DNA of 64,000 nucleotides from positions 150,618-214,617 of the forward strand of contig JBPCLP010000009.1 of NCBI GenBank assembly GCA_051003195.1, given 5' to 3'. Of the stretch, positions 49,207 through 57,772 are shown piece by piece. Within the stretch, counting starts at the first letter, position 1; every line of letters starts with the position of its first letter. The DNA comes from Candidatus Sumerlaeaceae bacterium. GTDB taxonomy: Bacteria > Sumerlaeota > Sumerlaeia > Sumerlaeales > Sumerlaeaceae. Made by a program: the position numbers and the translations under genes. A model generated the notes under the pieces. It saw only the letters and a program-made list of their open reading frames with translations. It made no database searches and was not told the origin of the DNA.

Positions 49207-50403
49207 ATGGGAGGTTGGAATACAAAGCCGTTTGGGAACGACACCGCCTCTGACTGGCTATATGAATTGCAGAAGGCGGCTGATGATAGAATATTAACAT
49301 CAGCCCTGCAGGCTGTGCAAGGCGCGAGCCCAAGGATAGATGCCAGTACCGGAGAGATAGCGCTGGCAGCAGCGACGGTCGTGTGGGCGGCGCGAAACGA
49401 ACCGGTTAAAACGCTGCCGGAGATCGCTCAAGCCTGGGTGAAACATCGCGGCTATGTACCCCCGGATGCGATTGTGGATATGGCTATATTTGCAGTTCAG
49501 TTGGTTCTGCAAGCGTCCGAGTTGCGAGAGCTCTGGAAGGAGTCTCGGTCGTTTTCAAAGTGGGAGAACCAAACTGCTCAACTGCTCCGCGAGTTGCAAG
49601 AGAGCCGGGCTTTACCAGTACTTGTAAGGACCGCGAAGCCACCCGGCCAGCCTCGGCTGTTGTATAAGCTCATTGAAACCGTTTCACCGGACTCGAGCGG
49701 CCCGGCGCGAGAAAAACTCAATAAGGCACTAACTGAATTAATTGACGTAAACGCTGAATTGCCACGTTCCTTTTTGTCGCCACTAAGTGCCGTTGCGAAA
49801 CAAGGCTTAAACGCTGAGGCGGCATTATTACTGCAACGCGGCGCTGATATTAATCCTCCATCAGATCTGCTCACCAGCGCTCCGCTTACTCATGCGGCGG
49901 GGAGCGGCCATGTGGAAATGATTAACTTCCTGCTGGCAAATGGCGCGCATTTGCACGACGAGATTCTCATAAACGCAGAAAACGGAAGTCGCGTACTTGC
50001 CGGACATCCTAACGCTGTTCCCTTCCGTTTCTCACCAGCGCTCTGGTATGCAGTGTCAATGGGGTCTATACCAGCGGTAGACGCACTGCTACGTCACGGG
50101 GCAGACCTCCACCAAAAGGATCTGAACGGAGAGTCTCTCCTTCACAAAGCAGCTTACGCCGGACAAACTGAAATGATTGAGTACCTCGTGCGTAGAGGCA
50201 TCGACGTAAACACTACAAAGTCGCGCAATGAAGGGCCAATTCACTTAGCTGTTGCGGCGGGTAGGACGGACGCTCTGCGGCGGCTTTTAGAGCTGGGTGC
50301 CGACCCTAACATGCAACGTGAAGGTGCATGGAGCGCGCTCGAAGAAGCGAAAGACCGATGGCCTGAACTTGTTCCACTTCTGATTCAGCATGGAGCAAGG
50401 TGA
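49207..50403 (+). CDS. DUF4259-domain plus ankyrin-repeat protein
   Basis: MGGWNTKPFGNDTASDW...SELRELW (DUF4259-like); ankyrin repeats APLTHAA, SLLHKAA, PIHLAV. Confidence 0.8.
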   Translation: MGGWNTKPFGNDTASDWLYELQKAADDRILTSALQAVQGASPRIDASTGEIALAAATVVWAARNEPVKTLPEIAQAWVKHRGYVPPDAIVDMAIFAVQLVLQASELRELWKESRSFSKWENQTAQLLRELQESRALPVLVRTAKPPGQPRLLYKLIETVSPDSSGPAREKLNKALTELIDVNAELPRSFLSPLSAVAKQGLNAEAALLLQRGADINPPSDLLTSAPLTHAAGSGHVEMINFLLANGAHLHDEILINAENGSRVLAGHPNAVPFRFSPALWYAVSMGSIPAVDALLRHGADLHQKDLNGESLLHKAAYAGQTEMIEYLVRRGIDVNTTKSRNEGPIHLAVAAGRTDALRRLLELGADPNMQREGAWSALEEAKDRWPELVPLLIQHGAR

Positions 50404-50667
50404 AACTCAAATCGTCCCGGCAAATGTGGCGGCGAGTATGGTGTGTGTCGGCGCCAGTGCCGCGTGTGCAGCGCAGCTGCTCCAGGCGTATTGATCGGCC
50501 TGGGCAATGCTGTCCCCTCAAACCCTCAAACCGCACCGGAACCCAGAACGCCACGGTGTGGAAAGCCGTGCAGAAGATTACCCCTGGTGCTCAATGAGCT
50601 GGTTTATCCAGGAGGCATCACAGACTTTTAGCCGGTCGGTGTTGTCGTTCAAGATTGATAAGTAACC

Positions 50668-50752
50668 TCAGGAAAAGCGAAAGCAAGCTTTCGCACTCCA
50701 AAGCGCTTCGCGCCGGCGAAGCGTGCGGCAATAGTTTCCCAGGAGTGCCTGA
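50668..50752. repeat. 85-bp REP-containing direct repeat, copy 1
   Basis: Hairpins GCGAAAGC-AA-GCTTTCGC followed by ACTCC, and CGCTTCGC-GCCG-GCGAAGCG; one mismatch to copy 2. Confidence 0.9.
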
Positions 50753-50804
50753 CCGAGAGCGCGCGAGAGCGACAGTTCAAGTCCGGGCTCGACGATCAGC
50801 TGAA

Positions 50805-50975
50805 CGCAGGCACCACGACCAGATCTTCAGCCCGTAATATTCGCCGTACTTCTTCAGCAACGCGCAGTCCACGTCGCGGTGCTCGGCGGTGCTGAAGACA
50901 TGCTCGCGCGGGTTGCCACGATGAGTCACGTGGTGGGGGTACCCCGGAACAACAACTGCTTGCAAATCCAGCCAT
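50805..50975 (-). pseudogene. RAYT N-terminal fragment (frameshifted)
   Basis: MAGFA/AVVVPGYPHHVTHRGNPREHVF...YGLKIWSWCL. Confidence 0.85.
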
Positions 50976-51136
50976 GCCGTACCAGCTACTTAATGCATGC
51001 AGCTGGAATCAATGGATAAGCTGTCCCCTCAACGTCCTCAAAATCCGTCAGCCATATCGAACGTGCAGGACAACAGTACGGCTGCTACAATGGACACCAA
51101 TTGCGGGTTGTTTCCTGCATGGGGTTTTTGGTAGCT

Positions 51137-51221
51137 TCAGGAAAAGCGAAAGCAAGCTTTCGCACTCCAAAGCGCTTCGCGCCGGCGAAGCGTGCGGCAA
51201 TAGTTTCCCAGGAATGCCTGA
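51137..51221. repeat. 85-bp REP-containing direct repeat, copy 2
   Basis: Near-identical to 50668-50752. Confidence 0.9.
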
Positions 51222-51425
51222 ATTTCTCGCAACAGGAATCAGCGCACAGCAGGCGGAACAACTTCGTATAAACACAACCACAGGCCGCCGCGTGAACCGG
51301 ATTTAGTTCTACGTATCGCACAGCCGCCCACAGGTGATCGCGGTCAAGCGCGGTCGAAAAAAAGCGCCCCGACCAAAGGTGCCCACTTAGGCGATAGTTC
51401 GCATTGATCCATTGTGCGTACTTTC
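51220..51425. pseudogene. RAYT C-terminal (+) and central (-) fragments joined in opposite orientations
   Basis: + strand EFLATGISAQQAEQLRINTTTGR (51220-51288); - strand KYAQWINANYRLSGHLWSGRFFSTALDRDHLWAAVRYVELNPVHA (about 51289-51425). Confidence 0.8.
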
Positions 51426-51497
51426 TGCGATTCGTGGATAAAAATCACTCGCTTACCCGAACCAAAAACCTTAAGATGTCAACAGCCTGCGCCATCC

Positions 51498-51803
51498 TTA
51501 GAAGTCGTTGGCGTTACGCAGCCCGAATGCTCCAGCCCCGATTGCGCTAATGCCGGCGAGGATTCCGACGCCGTTCAGGAAAAGCGGCAGGTTCCGAATC
51601 GGTGAATGGCTCACCAGGTAGAACCCGCAGTAGAGAAGCAAACCAAGGCCAATGATCATAAATGCCGCGCCGGCAGCGATTCCGCTGAGCTGCTCGTATA
51701 CGGCTGACGCGATGGACCACACCAACACCATCGCGATTGCGCCAACAATCAACATCGCCGGCCATACAAGGTTCGGGCCATATGTCGTTAACCACTGCTG
51801 CAT
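51498..51803 (-). CDS. Small membrane protein
   Basis: GGAGG SD; three hydrophobic segments. Confidence 0.6.
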   Translation of the reverse strand: MQQWLTTYGPNLVWPAMLIVGAIAMVLVWSIASAVYEQLSGIAAGAAFMIIGLGLLLYCGFYLVSHSPIRNLPLFLNGVGILAGISAIGAGAFGLRNANDF

Positions 51804-51998
51804 CCCATCACCTCCGGATCATGTTGGAGCGCATCTTAAAGTAGCTGGGCCTGGACGAAAAAGTTGCGCATGGAGGGTGATCTGCGCCTGGCGGGCTCCG
51901 CGAATGCAATCTTCTTGCATTGGCTGGCGACAATGGCGTCATGATAGGCACTGCGAACGTGCAGTTCCATTCTTCCGGGCGGAAGGTCACCCAATCCC

Positions 51999-54900
51999 AT
52001 GTTTTCCCGTAAACTCAGCCTGTTTAGCACGCTCATGTGTCTTGCCTCGGGGGTCCTGGCTCAGACAACGAGTGGCCCGGAATATCGCGGTATGTGGACA
52101 AGCCGCTTTGAATGGCCCCGCACCACGCAGTCGGCTACCCAGACAAACATCGACACAATCATGACCAATGTGCGCAACGCCAATTTTAACAGCGTCTTTT
52201 TTCAGATACGCGGCGCCATGGAAACGCTTTATCCATCGCCAAATGAGCCATGGGGTTCTCAGTTCAGCTACACGGATCCGGGATACGACCCGGTAGCATA
52301 TGCCGTAAACAGCGCGCATACGGCAGGGCTTGAATTCCACGCCTACATTAACACGCATTGCATTTTCCAGGCGACCTCGACAAGCGGGCCACCGCCACCT
52401 CACTCGCCTGCCGGCCAGCCGGAACATCCGTTCTGGCTTCATGGCAATCCCGCGGACCCGGGTCGCGACGACTGGTGCTATGTGGATAGCACGGGGACGA
52501 CGCAACCACTGGGAGCAGGCGAGGATCGCTACGTGTGGGCAGCCCCCGGGGTGCCATCATTCCAGACGTGGACACGGGACCAGATTCTGCATGTTGCGAA
52601 CACCTATGATGTCGATGGCGTACATTTCGACCGGATTCGAGTGGCCGGCACCGGCTCGTACGACCCAATCAGTCGTGCGCGCCAGGCAAGTCCGATCACG
52701 AACCCGGCAGGACTGACTTTCCAGAACTGGCAACGTGACCAGATTACCAGGTTCCTGAACGACACCTACGGCGCAGTTGCAGAACTCAATGCGAACCGTT
52801 CGCCGGGCAAGCGTCACATCAAAGTATCCTCTGCCCCATTCAGCCTGGTATCCAGCCAGCTTGGCGTAAACCAGGACCTGAACGCCTGGACGAAAATTGG
52901 CGCGCAGGATTTCTTTTGCCCCCAGGTCTATACATCCAGCCTCAGTACGTTTGCAAGCCGCCTGGCAACGAACCTGCCAAATGCGAACGGACGCTACATT
53001 GTGGCAGGAATGAGCCGTAACACCGCGGGAAGCGCTGCCATTATTTTCAACCAAGTCACTGAAGCCCGCAACCAGAATACCTCCGGCAGCCTTGTTTTCA
53101 GCTACACGGGATTCACAGGTTCCGAGCTGTCGTCGTATCCAGCTAATGTGTTCGGCACGTTCGTCAGTCCGCCTGATATGCCGTGGATTAGTTCACCAAC
53201 AGATTGCATTATCGTCGGCAATGTGACGGATGGATCGGGAAACCCGATCGTGGATGCGCAGCTCACACGTGCGGATAATAGCGCGTATACGTGGCTTTCC
53301 GGGTATGACGGGTTTTACTCCATGCTTAAAGTGCCGGTGGGCCAGCCACTGCAGATCACCGTCAGCAAAGCGGGCTTTTCGAACAAAACGGTAGCTGTTC
53401 CCGCGCCGGGCGCCGGCTCCGTCACTCGCATCAATATCGTACTTACAAATTCAGCGGGCACGATCAGCCTGGATAAAAACGTCTACACGCTGACAGATGC
53501 GGTAAATATCGCGGTTTCCGACTCGGATCTTGCCGGCCTGGGTAGCATCAATGTTACGTTGAGCAGCACTTCCGAACTCGCTCCTGAAATTGTATCCCTG
53601 AACGAAATCGGCGGGAGCGGACGCTTCCAGGGAAGCGTTCAACTGGCTGCCGGAACTGCGACGAATGATGGCGTGCTGCAAGTCAGTGATTCCGATACCA
53701 TCACAGCGACCTATGTTGACGAAGATGACGGCAACGGAGTCGTCCAGGTGCAGACCGCCAGTGCGAGTATTGATGGATCAGCGCCAGTCATCACGAATGT
53801 GGAAGTCGTGAACATTAGTGGCACCGGCGCAACGGTTACGTTTTCAACCGACGGACCTACAACCGCCATCGTTCGCGTCGGTCCGAGTTGCGACGGGCTG
53901 ACAAGTACTGCTGTCAGCAATGGGGCCACCGCATCACATTCCGTGCTTGTTGCTAATCTTAATCCGCTCACCCAGTATTACTTCACCGTGACCGCAGGGG
54001 ACGCGGCGGGCAACACGGCAACCGAGTCGAACAACAGCAATTGCTACAGCTTTACCACAATTGAAGCGGTTGTGCCGCAGTTCTTCACGGAGCAATTCGA
54101 CTTTTCACGGCTGTTTGATCTCTCGAATCTCACGCTGACCCTGACACCCGATGGTTCCACGAACTTCTATCGCGGTTGCCTCGAGAGCGCCACTGCTTAT
54201 CCAACAGACCCAGCGGGCGGAACGAACGTCGCAGGTATGACTGATGACTCCAGTGCCCTGGTGAACCTGGTGTCAGCCAAAACGTTTCCATTCTTCGGCA
54301 CGAGTTACTCGAACTTTTACGTGGGCTCGAACGGTTATATTACGTTAGGATCCAGTGACACCGCGTACAATCCATCCATTACGCAACACTTCACCCGGAA
54401 GCGCATCGCTGCTCTGTTCCGCGATTTCAATCCAGCCAGCGGCGGCACGATCAGCACACGCCAGCTTGCGGATCGCATGGCAATTACCTACAGCAACGTG
54501 CCGGAGTATGGTACTTTCAACAGCAATAATTTTCAAATTGAGCTGTTCTTCGATGGCGTAATTCGAATCACCTGGCTGGGCATGTCAGCACGAGATGGGA
54601 TTTCTGGAATCTCTTCCGGCGCGGGCACTCCTCCAGACTTCATCATGTCTGACCTGGGTGCTCTCAACGCTTGCGGCGATCTGCAGGTTTCGCCTGTTGC
54701 GGGGGTCACGTATACTGGCACACCCGGGGGACCCTTCACGCCGTCCTGCGCCACATACACACTAACAAATGCCAGTAGCAGCGCACTGGATTTCGACATT
54801 AGCGCGACACAAACCTGGCTGTTACCGAGCATCGCCACCGGCACGCTTCAGCCGGACGAAACAACCACAGTCACTGTTTGCCTGGATGCGGACGCATTGG

Positions 54901-57716
54901 CTGCCGGGAATTATTCCGGTGATGTGATTTTCACCGATATTACCAACGTGCGCACTGTTAATCGCGCTGCCACTCTAATGGTGCTGCCACTGCCCGACCA
55001 GGTAAGCAATCCTTCACCGACGGACGGCGCAACGGACATCAGCATAAGCCCCACTCTGACATGGTTGGGTGGCGCGAACACGGACAGTTTCGACTTTTAT
55101 TTTGGCAGCGCGAATCCGCCAGAGTTTGTCAGCTCGCTTCCTGTCAGCGAAACAAATGTGGAAGCTGGTGAACTCGAGTTCTCGACGACTTATTTCTGGC
55201 GCGTGGATGCTGTTAATGGGACTGGTGTCACCACTGGCGAATTGTGGTCATTCACTACGCAACCGCCGCCGCAGATCACTGTGACACCGGCTTCCATCAC
55301 CGTGTACTCCGACCCCGGCGCCAGCACAAGCACGCTCTTCCAGGTCGCAAACACTGCCCCCGACGCAGCAGGTACATTGAGTTTTGCCTTAAGCGCAAGC
55401 GACGACCTTGGGGGCGCCGCTGTGACAGAGGATGTTGGCTCCTTTATCGATTACGAAAACCTGAGTACTGCGTATTACGGCAATGTCTACCAGGTCGATC
55501 AATCGACCGTGCTCACCACATTTGAGCCGTACCTCTACCTTTCCGTCGACATCAGCCTTAATTATGTGGTGTTTGAATCCGAAACACAGGCCGGGCCGTA
55601 TAACCGCATTTTTTCACAGACTGTCGCGCAAACCGCCAACAGTGTAGAATTACAATACTATCCACTGTCGGGCATGAATGTACCACTCGTTGCGGGCCGC
55701 TTTTACATTATTGCTGTCGGCTGGAACGGCAGCGGTGCATATAGCCTGCACGCGCCCGCCTCCCCTCCGCAGAGCGTTTCGTTCGGGCAGCAATTCAGTG
55801 GATTCCGCAGCACGACGTACCCGCTCGGCACTTCCACTGCGCTTAGCGCATCAACAAACACATACGCCCAGCGCCTGACCACCAACAACAGCTGGATCTC
55901 GCTCTCTCAGCCGCTGTCGCTGCTTGCTCCTGGTGAATCCACAAACTGTCAGTTGAATGCCAACGCCACGTTGCTGGGGCTTGGCACCTATACAGGAAAT
56001 GTGGTTATAATCAGCAACGATTCAGACGATCCAATAACCACCGTTCCCGTTACACTGATTGTTAAAGATATTACACCGCCGGCGATGCCACCCCAGCCCG
56101 ACATGACGACGGAAAGTGATACGGGTGTGTCCGGCACGGACGATTTAACTGCCGACTCACAACCGGACTTCACCGGGCTCGCGGAGGAGGGCAGCGTTGT
56201 AACCGTGTATATCGATGGATTCGCGGTGGGAACTGTGAACGTCGACGACGCGGGTGCGTGGGGCTTCACACCGGATATCCCACTCGAGGACGGCCAGCAT
56301 TCAATCGCCGTGACCGCAACGGATGCGGGAGACAACGTCAGCCCATTATCCGCCACGCTGAATTTTGTGATTGATACGACAGCTCCAAACGCACCGTCGC
56401 CGCCTTTACTGACCCCGGGCTCGGATAGTGGAGTCAGCACCTCCGACGGAAATACCAATATTAACCAGCCAACGTTTGCGGGTTCCGCAGATGCCAATGT
56501 GCAGGTTCAACTGAAACTTCAATCGGTGCTGTTGGGCACCACTTCATCCGACGACGTAGGTCAGTGGGCTTTACCATCGAACATCGTACTGGTCGACAGT
56601 ACCTATAGCTTTACTGCAGTCGCGATTGATCTCGCCGGTAATACGAGTCCAGTGTCGGGTTCGAGCAATGTCACCATCGATACGGCAGCTCCGAGCGTCA
56701 CCTTCAGCCGTTTTGGAAGTCCAGTAGACACTATCCAACTCCATTTCAGCGAGACGGTATTTAATCTTACTCTGGCGAACCTTGTGTTGATGCGCAACGG
56801 CAGCTCACTTTCGCTTGCGGATACGGTGCTCGCAGGCAGCGGGCAGGAGTACAGCCTTTCGAATCTCGCACCATTGACCGGCATCGGCGGTTCTTTTGTA
56901 TTCCAGGTAACCGGACCAACGGATCGTGCAGGTAACACACTGCCGCTGACGACCGACTCATGGAATGGAAATACGTTCAGTGATCTGCGCGTCTCGATGG
57001 TAGCAGCACCTGGTACCAGCGCCACGATAGGGCAGACCATCACTTATATAATCGGTGTGCAGAACGACGGTCCAGCCGATGCCTCAAATGTTGTTCTACT
57101 GGACCAGTTTACCACTAACTCGCTCTTTACGACTGCGACAGTGACCCAGGGCAGCCTTGTTGTGAGCGACGGATTGCTCCAGGTGAATCTTGGCAACATG
57201 CCGGCTAACTCTTCTGCCTTTGTGACCCTGAACCTTATCGGCACAGAGATCGGAGCTTTGGTGCACCAGGTAGCAGTGGGGCCAACTGCATCCGATCAGG
57301 ACCTTACCAACAATGCTGCGTCCAACAGCATCCAGGTGCTGCTTGGCCCAGGTGCGGACCTTCTTGGGTCGGGCGTGTTGCTGAGTTCCCGGTGCAAACC
57401 TAACCCGGCGGGATTCACCTGCGTAGAAAAGCTGCGACTGCTGCTCTTGAATCGCGGGAATTTTGACAGCGGGAAGACCTCCATTTCGTACTACCTGTCC
57501 TTCGATACGCGGTATGACGCTTCCGACACGCTCCTGACTGGAAAAAAGCTCGGCAAGATCAAGGCAGGCGCACTTGTAAGCAAAGCGCGCTCTCTGAAGC
57601 TGATGCTTTCGGGCAGCCCGTCTGGCCAGTACCTGATCGTACGCATCGACCCAGGAAACCTGGTAAACGAAGCGAGCGAATATAACAATGAGATTGTGAT
57701 TGGCCCATTGCCTTAA
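51999..57716 (+). CDS. Large secreted multidomain protein: GHL10 (DUF187) hydrolase + CarboxypepD_reg + FN3-like + nidogen-like + BACON-like + Ig-like + DUF11 + CARDB
   Basis: Signal peptide; EYRGMW, FFQIRG, YDVDGVHFD; YVGSNGYIT; TTYFWRVDA; TATDAGDN/DLAGNTS; DLRVS...NDGPADA; IDPGNLVNEASEYNN. Confidence 0.85.
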   Translation: MFSRKLSLFSTLMCLASGVLAQTTSGPEYRGMWTSRFEWPRTTQSATQTNIDTIMTNVRNANFNSVFFQIRGAMETLYPSPNEPWGSQFSYTDPGYDPVAYAVNSAHTAGLEFHAYINTHCIFQATSTSGPPPPHSPAGQPEHPFWLHGNPADPGRDDWCYVDSTGTTQPLGAGEDRYVWAAPGVPSFQTWTRDQILHVANTYDVDGVHFDRIRVAGTGSYDPISRARQASPITNPAGLTFQNWQRDQITRFLNDTYGAVAELNANRSPGKRHIKVSSAPFSLVSSQLGVNQDLNAWTKIGAQDFFCPQVYTSSLSTFASRLATNLPNANGRYIVAGMSRNTAGSAAIIFNQVTEARNQNTSGSLVFSYTGFTGSELSSYPANVFGTFVSPPDMPWISSPTDCIIVGNVTDGSGNPIVDAQLTRADNSAYTWLSGYDGFYSMLKVPVGQPLQITVSKAGFSNKTVAVPAPGAGSVTRINIVLTNSAGTISLDKNVYTLTDAVNIAVSDSDLAGLGSINVTLSSTSELAPEIVSLNEIGGSGRFQGSVQLAAGTATNDGVLQVSDSDTITATYVDEDDGNGVVQVQTASASIDGSAPVITNVEVVNISGTGATVTFSTDGPTTAIVRVGPSCDGLTSTAVSNGATASHSVLVANLNPLTQYYFTVTAGDAAGNTATESNNSNCYSFTTIEAVVPQFFTEQFDFSRLFDLSNLTLTLTPDGSTNFYRGCLESATAYPTDPAGGTNVAGMTDDSSALVNLVSAKTFPFFGTSYSNFYVGSNGYITLGSSDTAYNPSITQHFTRKRIAALFRDFNPASGGTISTRQLADRMAITYSNVPEYGTFNSNNFQIELFFDGVIRITWLGMSARDGISGISSGAGTPPDFIMSDLGALNACGDLQVSPVAGVTYTGTPGGPFTPSCATYTLTNASSSALDFDISATQTWLLPSIATGTLQPDETTTVTVCLDADALAAGNYSGDVIFTDITNVRTVNRAATLMVLPLPDQVSNPSPTDGATDISISPTLTWLGGANTDSFDFYFGSANPPEFVSSLPVSETNVEAGELEFSTTYFWRVDAVNGTGVTTGELWSFTTQPPPQITVTPASITVYSDPGASTSTLFQVANTAPDAAGTLSFALSASDDLGGAAVTEDVGSFIDYENLSTAYYGNVYQVDQSTVLTTFEPYLYLSVDISLNYVVFESETQAGPYNRIFSQTVAQTANSVELQYYPLSGMNVPLVAGRFYIIAVGWNGSGAYSLHAPASPPQSVSFGQQFSGFRSTTYPLGTSTALSASTNTYAQRLTTNNSWISLSQPLSLLAPGESTNCQLNANATLLGLGTYTGNVVIISNDSDDPITTVPVTLIVKDITPPAMPPQPDMTTESDTGVSGTDDLTADSQPDFTGLAEEGSVVTVYIDGFAVGTVNVDDAGAWGFTPDIPLEDGQHSIAVTATDAGDNVSPLSATLNFVIDTTAPNAPSPPLLTPGSDSGVSTSDGNTNINQPTFAGSADANVQVQLKLQSVLLGTTSSDDVGQWALPSNIVLVDSTYSFTAVAIDLAGNTSPVSGSSNVTIDTAAPSVTFSRFGSPVDTIQLHFSETVFNLTLANLVLMRNGSSLSLADTVLAGSGQEYSLSNLAPLTGIGGSFVFQVTGPTDRAGNTLPLTTDSWNGNTFSDLRVSMVAAPGTSATIGQTITYIIGVQNDGPADASNVVLLDQFTTNSLFTTATVTQGSLVVSDGLLQVNLGNMPANSSAFVTLNLIGTEIGALVHQVAVGPTASDQDLTNNAASNSIQVLLGPGADLLGSGVLLSSRCKPNPAGFTCVEKLRLLLLNRGNFDSGKTSISYYLSFDTRYDASDTLLTGKKLGKIKAGALVSKARSLKLMLSGSPSGQYLIVRIDPGNLVNEASEYNNEIVIGPLP

Positions 57717-57772
57717 CGTCGACCTGCTAATTATTGTAGCAACTCGACCTGCGGCCTGCACAGGGTCGTGCC

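Noticed and set aside
39820..51490. CRISPR array interpretation of the repeats
   Set aside because: Repeats are tandem without unique spacers, or irregularly dispersed; no cas genes in the window.
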